A DNA stretch of 64,000 bases from Candidatus Multivoradales bacterium (lineage in GTDB: Bacteria > Acidobacteriota > Thermoanaerobaculia > Multivoradales > J023). Shown in pieces: positions 45,054 through 54,475 of this stretch; the stretch's first letter is position 1, and every line of letters starts with the position of its first letter. The notes under the pieces are model-generated. The model saw only the letters and a program-made list of their open reading frames with translations. It was not told where the DNA came from and made no database searches. The position numbers and the translations under genes are program-made. Location: NCBI GenBank assembly GCA_965250305.1, contig CBDFNS010000017.1:52836-116835 (forward strand). The letters run 5' to 3'.

Positions 45054-46649
45054 TTAGGGACCGACCACGTCCCAGCCGCACAAACCGGCGGACTCGAAGC
45101 CGGTCACCAGCAGCGTGTCTTCGACGATGGTCACACCGTGGTCCATGACGCCGCCCACCCGCCAAGATGTACCACTACCAGGCCAGCGAACCGCAATCGA
45201 GCACAGTTCGGTCGCGTCTCCCAGGCCCATCTCTACCGGGAGGCTGTTGAACGACCCGCGACCCGCGCCACTGCTGACTTCCTTGGTGGTGGAGCGGAGG
45301 TTGGTTCGAACGTCCACGCGCGCGCCGATACCATTGCGATTGCTGGTGGTTCCGACTGTTTTGACCGTCAGCCAGTGGTTGCTGTTGACGGTGTCGTTGC
45401 GCCAGAAGCGGGTGTCGTCGGATGGCCCGCCAGTAACCACGAGGTCCACGTCGCCGTCGTCATCGAAATCCGCAAAAGCCACGCCACGGCCATCGAAGTC
45501 GGCGCCGCCTTCGAGCATGGCGGTCGCATCGGCGAAGGTGCCGTCGGCTTGGTTGTGGAAGAGGACGTTGTCGCTCGTACTGGCGTCGAAACCGTTGGTG
45601 ATGAAAAAGTCTTCCCAACCGTCGTTGTCCACATCGCCTGCATTACAGCTGATGCCCCAGCCGAGTGGGTCGGTCGTTCCCGATGCGACAGCAACATCGA
45701 CGAACAACAAGGCACCTTCAGCCTCTCGAGCGGCGCTCTGGTTCTCGTAGAGGGCGTTGGGCGTCGGGGTCATGCTGGAACCCGGCCAAGTCGTCCAATA
45801 AAGATCAAAGTCGAGATCGTTGTCATAGTCGAACGACAACACGCCCATGCCCAAACCCACCTTGTCGATTCCAGCCGACGCCGTGACGTCCGAGAACGTG
45901 GCTGTGATGTTGGTGTAAAGCCGGTTGGGATCACCGCTGCGATTGCCCGTAAAGAGATCAATCCAGCCGTTGCCGTCGAGGTCGGTGCCCACGGCGCCCA
46001 CGCCTTGGCCGGCGGTGGCGACACCGAGCATGCCTGCCACGTTGGTGAAGGTGAGGCTGCCGAGGTTGTGGTAGAGGATGTCGGGGCCGATCGCATTGAC
46101 GTAGATATCGAGTAGACCGTCATGGTCGTAGTCGAGCAACGCGACCCCACGGCTGCTCGACTCGTCGGTCGTTCCCGCGGCCATGGTGATATTCGTGAAG
46201 ACGTAGGTGCCGCCGGGACCACTCGGGCCGTCGTTGCGGTAGAGAACGTCGGGGCCGGTGCCGAACGAGACGACATAGAGGTCGAGGTCGCCATCGTTAT
46301 CGAGGTCGCCAAAGGCCGTACCGACGCTAAAGCCAGTGTCACCCACGCCCACAATGCCCGTGACGTCCGAGAACGTGCCGTCACCGTTGTTGCGGAACAA
46401 GTTGTTGGGGCCATTGCTGGTCAAGTAGAGGTCTTGGTCACCATCGTTGTCGTAGTCACCCCAGGCGGCAGATTCGGTTAGCGTTCCCGGTAGCGCCACG
46501 CCCGTTGTTGCGGTGATGTCGGTAAAGGTGAGCGTGCCTTCACCCGTTTCATTTTCCAGCGCGCTGCCAACAGCGACCCAGGCCCAACTCGCCGCGATGA
46601 CCACGACCGTCACGACCGTCACGACCCTAGGTGGTGTCCCGATTCGCAT
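45054..46649 (-). CDS. CRTAC1-family protein, paralog 3
   Basis: The architecture is the same but more diverged. The start was set at MRIGTPPRVV, before the hydrophobic signal segment. Confidence 0.8.
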   Translation of the reverse strand: MRIGTPPRVVTVVTVVVIAASWAWVAVGSALENETGEGTLTFTDITATTGVALPGTLTESAAWGDYDNDGDQDLYLTSNGPNNLFRNNGDGTFSDVTGIVGVGDTGFSVGTAFGDLDNDGDLDLYVVSFGTGPDVLYRNDGPSGPGGTYVFTNITMAAGTTDESSSRGVALLDYDHDGLLDIYVNAIGPDILYHNLGSLTFTNVAGMLGVATAGQGVGAVGTDLDGNGWIDLFTGNRSGDPNRLYTNITATFSDVTASAGIDKVGLGMGVLSFDYDNDLDFDLYWTTWPGSSMTPTPNALYENQSAAREAEGALLFVDVAVASGTTDPLGWGISCNAGDVDNDGWEDFFITNGFDASTSDNVLFHNQADGTFADATAMLEGGADFDGRGVAFADFDDDGDVDLVVTGGPSDDTRFWRNDTVNSNHWLTVKTVGTTSNRNGIGARVDVRTNLRSTTKEVSSGAGRGSFNSLPVEMGLGDATELCSIAVRWPGSGTSWRVGGVMDHGVTIVEDTLLVTGFESAGLCGWDVVGP

Positions 46650-46823
46650 GGTCCGTCTCCTGGGTCCGTCTCCAGAACGTGATGACGTGTGCGCATGGCC
46701 ACATTCGTTATGCCAGATTACCAGCACCAACAAGTGGGCGGAGTGAAATCAGTCGAACGTCGCGCAGCGGCGTGGTTCGCGTAGATGGGATGTTTGGCGG
46801 CCGCTGTTCGATCGAGTAACGTT

Positions 46824-47855
46824 ATGGAGAAAGGGCGAGGCGTGCGGCACGGCGCTCCTCGCGTGACCATGACCGAAGAACTCCAGCTATCCATCGTCAT
46901 CGGGCTCAACGCGGTGATCATCGCGGTTACCGATGAAGAGCCACGTCTCTTGACTGTGGTGCGCCGGATCGACACCACCGACGAAGATGCGGTGCCGTTC
47001 GGCCCTCTTGATCCGGGCCGCGATCGGACCCTCGAGTTGGCGCTCCGTGGCTGGGTCCGCGAACAAACCAGCCTCGAGCTTGGCTACGTGGAGCAGCTGT
47101 ATACCTTTGGCGACCGGCATCGTGATCCACGCGAACGGCGCGGCGGTCCCCGGGTTATTTCCATCGGCTATCTGACCTTGGCGCGCGAAGGATCGCGCGC
47201 TGCGGAGGCTGGTGCGCGTTGGCGCGGATGGTACGACTATTTGCCGTGGGAAGACTGGCGCCAAGGACGACCACCGATGCTCGACCGTACCGTGATCCCG
47301 GCGTTGGCTGATTGGGTGCGCGCGGCCGATGCGGACGCCGGGGAACGGCAGGAGCGACGAGAGCGGGTCGATATCGCGTTCGGGCGTCATGGCGCGTCGT
47401 GGGATGGCGACCGCGTGCTGCATCGTTACGAGCTTCTCTACGAAGCAGGGCTGGTCGCCGAGGCGCGTCGTGACGAGGTGCCAGCGTCTCAGCGTGCAGG
47501 GCTTCCGCAAGCGCGTCGGCTTGGGCGCCCCATGGCGTTCGATCATCGCCGGATCCTTGCCACGGCGGTCGGCCGCTTGCGGGGCAAGATCCGGTACCGA
47601 CCCGTGATCTTCGAACTGCTACCGCCCACGTTTACCTTGCTGCAATTGCAACGTGTCGTCGAAGCCCTCGCCGGCATGCCGCTGCACAAGCAGAACTTCC
47701 GGCGCTTGGTCGAACGCGGTGGCATGGTCGAAGGCACCGGCAACCTCGCAACCGGAACCGCTGGTCGTCCCGCTGAGTTGTTTCGCTACCGTCGCGAAGT
47801 TCTGCGTGAACGCCCGGCGCCGGGCGTTGGGCTGCCTGGGTTGCCGAAAGGGTAA
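46824..47855 (+). CDS. nrtR: NrtR-like Nudix-related transcriptional regulator
   Basis: The protein has a degenerate Nudix-fold N-terminus (GYVEQLYTFGDRHRDPRERRGGPRVISIGY). The C-terminal wHTH signature is MAFDHRRILATAVGRLRGKIRYRPVIFELLPPTFTLLQLQRVVEALAG...KQNFRR. The start is uncertain (46824 or 46869). Confidence 0.65.
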   Translation: MEKGRGVRHGAPRVTMTEELQLSIVIGLNAVIIAVTDEEPRLLTVVRRIDTTDEDAVPFGPLDPGRDRTLELALRGWVREQTSLELGYVEQLYTFGDRHRDPRERRGGPRVISIGYLTLAREGSRAAEAGARWRGWYDYLPWEDWRQGRPPMLDRTVIPALADWVRAADADAGERQERRERVDIAFGRHGASWDGDRVLHRYELLYEAGLVAEARRDEVPASQRAGLPQARRLGRPMAFDHRRILATAVGRLRGKIRYRPVIFELLPPTFTLLQLQRVVEALAGMPLHKQNFRRLVERGGMVEGTGNLATGTAGRPAELFRYRREVLRERPAPGVGLPGLPKG

Positions 47856-47866
47856 GGAGCTAGGGC

Positions 47867-50248
47867 TTGACCATCTGGGGCCAGGTAATCAGTCATTTGG
47901 GTCGTCGGCGTGCCGCCACAGCCCTTGCTGTTGGCCTGCTGGCACTCGGGGTCGGGCTATCGGTCTCCTTCTTTAGCGTTCTCGACGGTGCATTGTTGGG
48001 CGGTCTTCCGTTCCCCGGTGGCGATCGTCTGGTTGCGTTCTCCACGCAGGACGCCGCGGGTTGGCCGATGCCCCTCGACGATTATCGAGAGATTGAAGCG
48101 GCCCAGTTGACCTTCGAGTGGACACTTCCGTTTCGTACGTTTAACACCATGGTGACCCGGGGCGATCGGACGAAGGGTGTGATTGGGGGCTACGTTCCAG
48201 CAGCTCTGTTTGAGCGACTCGGGGTCAAGCCGGTGATCGGCCGCGCCTTCACCGCCGAGGATGAAGATCCTGGAAGCCCACCGGTTGCATTGATTAGCCA
48301 TCGTCTGTGGCAGGCGAGCTACGGTGCCGACCCCGAAATCGTCGGTGAAGAGATCACACTCAATCGTGAACCAAGCGTGGTGGTAGGGGTGATGCCGCCT
48401 GGTTTTCGGTTTCCCCTTCGGCACGATGTTTGGGGTGTGTTCGGGCGGCACGGCCGTGAGTGGCAGGATTTCTTTGTTCTCGGCATGGGTAAGCTGGCTT
48501 CGGAGTCGACCTTGTCGCTCGCCAGAAAGGATCTTTCACGCATCGGGGCGATACTCGACGAGGCGCGGCCACGCCCCGAAGGGCGAACCCCGACCATCGA
48601 GTCGTTTGCCCGGGCCAACATCGGTGACCAAGCCCAAGGTGCGTTACGAGCGATGGTCTTCGCAGCACTCGGCCTCCTTGCCCTTGCCTGTGCGAACTTG
48701 GCCAACTTACGGTTGAGCGAGAGCCTGCGCCGGACCAGTGAGTTTGATACCCGCTTGGCGCTCGGCTCGGGACTACCCGGTCTCGTCAAGCTCTTGCTGT
48801 TGGAGAATCTGGTTCTCGGAATCGCCTCGGCAATGATGGGGCTCGTTCTTGCCTTCGTAGTGATTGAGACGTTGGGGCGGTCGCTGATTGCGGGCGGTTA
48901 TCTGGAACGTATTTTCTGGATCGATCCCCAGCTCGATCTAAGAGCGGCTAGCTTTGCCGTCGTTTGCGCGCTCGTCGCCGCGCAACTTGGAGCGCTTGCA
49001 CCCGTCTTAACGACGGTCTCGAGAATACGCGCCGGAGGCTTTGGTCGCGCCGGAGACTCCCGCACCCGAACCGCGGCCTGGTCTCGCAGTCTGGTAAGTC
49101 TCCAAGTCGGGCTTTGTTTCGCACTCCTGGTTGGCGCTGGACTGTGGAGCCTCAAGGCCTTCGAACTCATGCGGCGGGAACCTGGATTCAACCTGGAAAA
49201 TCTCTCCAGCGTTTCGCTGTCTGTGTACCAAGCTCAGTTGGACGAGCCGGAACAGCGGCGCGCTCTTTTCGAGCGTTTGAAGCGCGAGCTCGATGAGCAT
49301 CCAGGTGTCCTCGCCGCCGCCTATGCATCGTCATCACCTTGGGGATATGTTCCCGCGTTGCCAGTGGCCGGGGCGACTCGAGTACCGGATCGCAAAACGG
49401 CGCCGCGCGCCCAGGTCCTCGAAGTATCGTCGGATTTCTTTGCGACTCTGGAGCTAAACCTCCAGGCCGGGCGTGCGTTCGGTACGGCCGAGTCGAGCGA
49501 TAGCGAGGTCGCGATCGTCAGCCGCTCCTTGGCAGACCAGATGTTCCAAAAAGGCGCACTCGACCAAACGCTTACCATCGGCGGCAAGCGTTCCGATGAC
49601 CCAGTACGGCGTCCGCGCATCGTCGGTATCGCGGCTGACCTCGATGTGGGCCACAGTGCCGATCGGAATCGCAACCTGACGGTTTACTTACCAGCGGGGG
49701 TTCCCGAATTTGGCGCATTTGTGCTGATCCGCAGGCAGCAAGGCATGGCGTCCGCGCGTCCGCTCGTGGAAGGTGTCCTGGAGCGTGTCGCGCCATTGGT
49801 CGGTATCCTCGACGAGCTCAGCGTCGCCAAGTCGATGTCATCGAGCACCTGGGTCGAGCGCCGCCTCGGCCAGATCTTTTCCCTGTTCGCGATCGCCGCT
49901 TGGTTGCTGACGGTCGGCGGCATCTACGCGGTCATTGCGGTCATGGTGCGCAGCCGCGAGCGGGAGCTCGGTATTCGCGCGGCACTCGGCGCGAAGCCGA
50001 GCGACCTCCAGCGGCTCGTGCTGAATGAAAGTGGACGCCAACTGGCGTGCGGCATCGTGGTCGGATTTGGCTTGCTCTGGATTGGTGGGCGGGTCCTTGA
50101 CCGGGTCTTGGTCGAAGGCATTCAGATCCGGGTGGATGTTCTCGCCGTGTCAGCGGCGGTGGTGGCGCTTAGCGCTCTCGGCGGGAGCCTGGGCCCGACG
50201 CGGAAGGCCGCCCGCGCGGACCCAGCGCGGTGCTTGTCCGTGCGCTAA
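47867..50248 (+). CDS. duplicated FtsX/MacB-type permease (ADOP family)
   Basis: The ~790-aa protein has two MacB_PCD/FtsX halves. The C-terminal ELGIRAALGA...LGPTRKAARADP is typical. Confidence 0.8.
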   Translation: MTIWGQVISHLGRRRAATALAVGLLALGVGLSVSFFSVLDGALLGGLPFPGGDRLVAFSTQDAAGWPMPLDDYREIEAAQLTFEWTLPFRTFNTMVTRGDRTKGVIGGYVPAALFERLGVKPVIGRAFTAEDEDPGSPPVALISHRLWQASYGADPEIVGEEITLNREPSVVVGVMPPGFRFPLRHDVWGVFGRHGREWQDFFVLGMGKLASESTLSLARKDLSRIGAILDEARPRPEGRTPTIESFARANIGDQAQGALRAMVFAALGLLALACANLANLRLSESLRRTSEFDTRLALGSGLPGLVKLLLLENLVLGIASAMMGLVLAFVVIETLGRSLIAGGYLERIFWIDPQLDLRAASFAVVCALVAAQLGALAPVLTTVSRIRAGGFGRAGDSRTRTAAWSRSLVSLQVGLCFALLVGAGLWSLKAFELMRREPGFNLENLSSVSLSVYQAQLDEPEQRRALFERLKRELDEHPGVLAAAYASSSPWGYVPALPVAGATRVPDRKTAPRAQVLEVSSDFFATLELNLQAGRAFGTAESSDSEVAIVSRSLADQMFQKGALDQTLTIGGKRSDDPVRRPRIVGIAADLDVGHSADRNRNLTVYLPAGVPEFGAFVLIRRQQGMASARPLVEGVLERVAPLVGILDELSVAKSMSSSTWVERRLGQIFSLFAIAAWLLTVGGIYAVIAVMVRSRERELGIRAALGAKPSDLQRLVLNESGRQLACGIVVGFGLLWIGGRVLDRVLVEGIQIRVDVLAVSAAVVALSALGGSLGPTRKAARADPARCLSVR

Positions 50249-50283
50249 AGCCGGCCGAGCCGCACCTTCGAAACGAGCGCTTT

Positions 50284-50320
50284 GGCCTACCGACTCCGCG
50301 CAATGCGCATGGCGGTGTCG
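50284..50320. repeat. 37-bp direct repeat, copy 1: duplicate of the CBS-gene 3' end
   Basis: ggcctaccgactccgcgcaatgcgcatggcggtgtcg is compared with 53826-53862. The first 11 and last 20 nt are identical and the middle 6 nt are rearranged. Weaker similarity extends about 14 nt to the left. Confidence 0.85.
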
Positions 50321-50667
50321 TTTCGCTGCCGCAATGAAGTCCTGGGTGAGCGTCTCGTGACGGGCACCTAGCCCCAAAACCAGCGCATCTTGAAGGCGAT
50401 CTACACAAATCTCTTGGGTTCAATCACTTCCGAAAATGCTCAACGAACCTTCGGGTGCGCCTGCGCTTTTCGTAAGCACTTGAGCCTCAAGATCTTCGCG
50501 CATCTCATCCTTCGTATGCGCTTGTTTTAGGCCTAGCTGCCAGTGCCGAAAGGGGAGGGTGAGACTCGGCTCCGGCGTCGAGCAGCTCGGGTGCGCTCCG
50601 CACTTGCGTGTTGGTGCTGCCAGCTTGCTAGGATGAACTTCTCCGACAACCGGAGAGAGGGATTTGC

Positions 50668-51939
50668 ATGAGCTATACCGAGAGGGCCATTGCCGCTCTG
50701 CATGAGCTGGCGCTGTGCGCTGGATCGCTGGAGGCTGGCGCGCGCCGCGCGGGCTTCGCCAAGAGCTACCTGTCAACCTTACGCAAGCGCAAGAGCATGC
50801 CGTTGGGCACACTCGAGCGGTTCTTCGAGGCCTTTGGTGTTGACCCGGTGCGGTTTGTCGCCTGGGCTGAAGCGGGCGCCGTGCCTTCGTCCGTTGCACG
50901 CTTTGGCGCCGAGGCGCTCGACCTCGCCATCAAACATGGTGAGCCGGAGCCGGTTCGGCGGATCCGGCTGGCTTACTTGCGGGGTGAGTTGGCGGATGCT
51001 GCAACGGCCGATGAGATCACGACGATCGACGCCGCCGACGCGCTACGGGATCGCAATCCTCGGGAGTCGCTCGACGCGTCTCGGCCGCTAGCAGAGTCGG
51101 CTTCCAGCGTCGAGACAGCGGCCCGCGCTTTGGCGGTTTGGGGGTCGGCGCTGCGAGTTCGTCAAGACCTCGACAAGGCACAGATCGTGCTTTGGTCCGG
51201 TATCCGCCTGGCGTCAGCCATGGTCGACCACTTGACGATGGCAAACCTTGAGCAACGCGCTGCCTACGTGGCAATGAACCGTGGACGCTACGGCTTTGGG
51301 ATCGAATTGGCTGAATCCGCGGGACAGCGATGCGGTGATGTCGGAGAGTCGGACGGGCTGGGCCGGGCTCTCGTGGCACAGGCCATCATTCATCGCTACA
51401 AGGGATCTCCGAAACGAGCGACGAGTTGTTATCGCAGTGCGTTGCGGACATTGTCCGAGGGCTCGCGGACGCACCGCGCCACGGCATATCACGGTCTCAG
51501 CACCATGCTGCTCGAAGCCGGTGACCTGGAGTCAGCGGAGCATCTCGCAGAGCGTGCGACCGGCTTAGTGGACTCGACTACGGTGAACGGAGCACGTCTT
51601 TGTTGGCTTCAAGCACGAATCGCGTATTCGCGCGAAGAATTCGGGCGGTCGGTTTCTAAATATGAAGAAGCTGCGCTCGGCCTACGCCGGATCCCGGGTG
51701 ACGCTTGCTTGGTGACAGCCGAGTTAGTGCGTGTGTTGCTCGAATCAGGACGGGTCTTGGAAGCTCGTTCGATTGCTCAAGGGCTGGCCCCGATACTATT
51801 CAAACTGGACCGGACGGCAGCTGAGCGTGCTGGTGCACTGGACCTCTGGCGAGCGGCCCAGGAAGCCGAGACCTTCACGAATTCGAGAGTCAAGACAGCT
51901 CTTCAAAGCATGATTCGGCGAGGCATTCGATCGTCTTGA
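50668..51939 (+). CDS. XRE-type HTH protein with a TPR-like helical-repeat C-terminal region
   Basis: The N-terminus is AGFAKSYLSTLRKRKSMPLGTLERFFEAFGVDP (HTH). The remainder is all-helical with TPR-like Ala/Leu periodicity. Confidence 0.6.
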   Translation: MSYTERAIAALHELALCAGSLEAGARRAGFAKSYLSTLRKRKSMPLGTLERFFEAFGVDPVRFVAWAEAGAVPSSVARFGAEALDLAIKHGEPEPVRRIRLAYLRGELADAATADEITTIDAADALRDRNPRESLDASRPLAESASSVETAARALAVWGSALRVRQDLDKAQIVLWSGIRLASAMVDHLTMANLEQRAAYVAMNRGRYGFGIELAESAGQRCGDVGESDGLGRALVAQAIIHRYKGSPKRATSCYRSALRTLSEGSRTHRATAYHGLSTMLLEAGDLESAEHLAERATGLVDSTTVNGARLCWLQARIAYSREEFGRSVSKYEEAALGLRRIPGDACLVTAELVRVLLESGRVLEARSIAQGLAPILFKLDRTAAERAGALDLWRAAQEAETFTNSRVKTALQSMIRRGIRSS

Positions 51940-51948
51940 ATGGGAGGC

Positions 51949-52251
51949 TTAACCTCCCGGCTCCATCTGGTCGCCAGCCTTGTTGAGTCCCTGGTTGGAC
52001 CGGGCTCCGCACTCGGCACCGCCTTCCGTCGGTTCGTCGAGTTGCCTATTGTTGGTGGTCCCATTGTCGCTATTGCGGTCGACTCTTTGACCAGCCGTCC
52101 AGCTCCAGTCAGATACCTGGGCGACCAATGTACTAATGGTCAGCCTTAGCTGAGTCCGCCACGAAGCATGGCGACTTTTGGAGGCATTCGCGGGCAGAGT
52201 TAGGCTGCCCAGCAGTACTGCGAGTACAACGATTCGGCTTGAACGTTCCAT
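51949..52251 (-). CDS. small secreted hypothetical protein (~100 aa)
   Basis: MERSSRIVVLAVLLGSLTLPANA is a signal-like peptide. The rest is hydrophilic and low in complexity. Coding status is uncertain. Confidence 0.35.
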   Translation of the reverse strand: MERSSRIVVLAVLLGSLTLPANASKSRHASWRTQLRLTISTLVAQVSDWSWTAGQRVDRNSDNGTTNNRQLDEPTEGGAECGARSNQGLNKAGDQMEPGG

Positions 52252-52488
52252 CAGCGGCTCTCCTCTCCAGGCGCGGCTGCACACCTGGGGCGGCATTGCC
52301 TTGGCGCGGCACGCGTCTCGACCTGGTTCACAGATTGTGAACCACAAATGATCTTGGCTCAAATCGAGGTTGCTGTGATAACGAGGCGTGATCGTCGGTT
52401 CACAGATCGTGACCCGGGTCCGTCGGCCGTAGATCGAGGAGTCGCCAGCGCTACGCTTCGCGAATTACGAATGGAGAAAGGAGATCGG

Positions 52489-53478
52489 ATGACCCGTGAA
52501 GGAACCCGCTCCGTCGGCAAGAGCTCGCAGGCGATCGAGCCGTCGACCCTCGCTTGGCTACTGTCGGCCGCGAGCGACACAGGCGCGATCAGGCGGCGTG
52601 ACATTCAACGCGCGCTCGATGCCATGATCGCTGCCCATCTGCCGGTCCGTCAGGCCCACCAACAGCTGAGCCGGCTGGCCGCCGACGCAGGCTTCGAAGG
52701 CGCTGATCCGACCGCCGTGTGCTTCGTTCATCGCGAGTACGAGCAACTGGTTGAGCTCGGTGAGCGTTCCGGCTGGTGCTGCGCTGCAGCGCTGGTCGAT
52801 CCCGATGGCGCGAACGGCGCCCACCTTGGGCCGTATCTGAGGATTGCCGAGGCCCGCGTTGAACGGGGTGAAGCTGGTGGTCCACCCCAGGTTGTCTCAT
52901 GGCTCACCACAGCCAACGCTGCGGAAGACCTCGCCGAGGGTCGCACCCTACGCGTCGACCGCCAACTCCAGCGTTGGCCGTTCAACGCCACCGGCGCCAT
53001 GGATCGAGCGAGTGGAGACCTGCCGATGGTGCTCGGCAGCCTGTCGCAACTGGAGCTGTGTTTCCGTGCGGAAATGGCACGGACTGGTCGGGCGCTTTCC
53101 CAGACACCTGACGATCTACGTGACGCGTTCCGCCGGCTCTTGCGTCTGGCCAAGGAAGTACGTGAGGTGTCGCTCCGCATGAGCGGTCTCGTTTTGGCCG
53201 GTCTCGCGCGCCTCTTGCTCGTCCACGCTCGAGTGCGTGGCCATGCTCTCCCAGGCCGTGAGGGTGCTGCGCCTAAAACGGTCGCACGGTTGATGTTGGC
53301 GAACGCGGAACGCACATTGCAGAGCTCCAATCGGGCAACGTCGATCGATCACCAAGGTCTGGCAGGCGTTAACGTCGCCATCGTCACATCCAATGCGGAA
53401 ACCGTCGCCACGCTCGATAGACGGGATAGCCGTCGAATCCAACGTTCCGCAGTCGGAGCAGTCGCGTCCGGAGGATGA
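52489..53478 (+). CDS. hypothetical protein (no recognisable motif)
   Basis: AAAGGAGA lies 5 nt upstream of the ATG at 52489. The ORF is 329 aa and is followed by an 11-bp perfect hairpin. Confidence 0.55.
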   Translation: MTREGTRSVGKSSQAIEPSTLAWLLSAASDTGAIRRRDIQRALDAMIAAHLPVRQAHQQLSRLAADAGFEGADPTAVCFVHREYEQLVELGERSGWCCAAALVDPDGANGAHLGPYLRIAEARVERGEAGGPPQVVSWLTTANAAEDLAEGRTLRVDRQLQRWPFNATGAMDRASGDLPMVLGSLSQLELCFRAEMARTGRALSQTPDDLRDAFRRLLRLAKEVREVSLRMSGLVLAGLARLLLVHARVRGHALPGREGAAPKTVARLMLANAERTLQSSNRATSIDHQGLAGVNVAIVTSNAETVATLDRRDSRRIQRSAVGAVASGG

Positions 53479-53481
53479 ACA

Positions 53482-53511
53482 CTCGTCATCACATGGCCAG
53501 GTGATGACGAG
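53482..53511 (+). terminator. perfect 11-bp stem hairpin after the hypothetical gene
   Basis: ctcgtcatcac-atggccag-gtgatgacgag starts 3 nt after the stop codon. There is no U-tract, so its function as an intrinsic terminator is uncertain. Confidence 0.4.
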
Positions 53512-53825
53512 ATTTGGTAAGAGAAGTTCAGCTTGCGTACCGCATCGAGGATCGAGACTCCACGCTCTTTGATCCGATCAAAGCTGTTGAGTCAGAAACC
53601 GACGATCTTCCTCTCGGCGAATCTCGGTTGTACTGGTCCGAAGACGCGTTGAAGGACGCGGCCGTTCGCCGCCTATGTTCCCGACATCCGACCGCAGGTC
53701 TTGGAAGCCTGTACTGAGCTTCTTCTGAAATATTCCAGCGCAACAGACTGACCTGTCGGACCGAATGTTCCGACGGCGCCCCGAGATCCAACTCTCCCTC
53801 GATCGAATCAGCCAACGCGCGAGAA

Positions 53826-53862
53826 GGCCTACCGACCGCGAGCAATGCGCATGGCGGTGTCG
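53826..53862. repeat. 37-bp direct repeat, copy 2 (functional 3' end of the CBS gene)
   Basis: See 50284-50320. This copy encodes ...DTAMRIARGR-stop, whereas copy 1 would encode DTAMRIARSR-stop. Confidence 0.85.
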
Positions 53863-54320
53863 ACGCCCATGCCCTCTGCCGGTGGCTCGACAGCGATCTC
53901 TTGTGAGCCGTAGAGGTAGCTGTTTTCACGCATTTTGGTAATGCCGACCAAGACGTCCCGACGGCTGATCTGGCCGACCACATGGTGATGCTCATCGACC
54001 ACGGGCAGACGCCGATAGGGCATGCTTTGGAAGCGTGCCACGACATCGTAGACCGCCGTATCGGGCGTGACGGTTTGGACCGCGGTGGTCATGTAGTCGC
54101 CAACCTTGCCTTCGGGTAGCCCGTCGAAGGCTTCGGCGGTCATCACTTTGAGGCAGTCCTTTTCGGACAGGATGCCGATCAGACGACCCTCGCTATCGAC
54201 TACCGGCGCGCCGGAGAAGTGTTTGGTGATCAAGGTTTGCATCGCTGTATAGATGTCGGTCTCGGCGGAAAGACTGACGACCGAGCGGGTCATGATGTCG
54301 GCGGCGGTACGGATTGGCAT
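53829..54320 (-). CDS. CBS-pair domain protein
   Basis: AAAGGAGAAGG lies upstream of the ATG at 54320. Two CBS motifs are present (IMTRSVVSL...GAPVVD, and YMTTAVQTV...RRLPVVD). Confidence 0.85.
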   Translation of the reverse strand: MPIRTAADIMTRSVVSLSAETDIYTAMQTLITKHFSGAPVVDSEGRLIGILSEKDCLKVMTAEAFDGLPEGKVGDYMTTAVQTVTPDTAVYDVVARFQSMPYRRLPVVDEHHHVVGQISRRDVLVGITKMRENSYLYGSQEIAVEPPAEGMGVDTAMRIARGR

Positions 54321-54475
54321 ACCTTCTCCTTTCGGACCGGTGTCCGAATGGCGGTCGTGGGCACATGCCCGCTCCGCGAGGTGCGCACGACGCAGAAGCG
54401 CGGGCGCGAGCTCAGACCGTCGTAGTTCTAACCCAAGCCTATCAGCCGACCTCGATCGACGCACGCCCGCTTTGT

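Noticed and set aside
53514-53717. A 67-aa plus-strand ORF in the non-coding tail of the islet.
   Set aside because: It starts at a non-ATG codon, has no ribosome-binding site and no recognisable motif. The evidence is not enough to call it a gene, although it lies in an interesting region.
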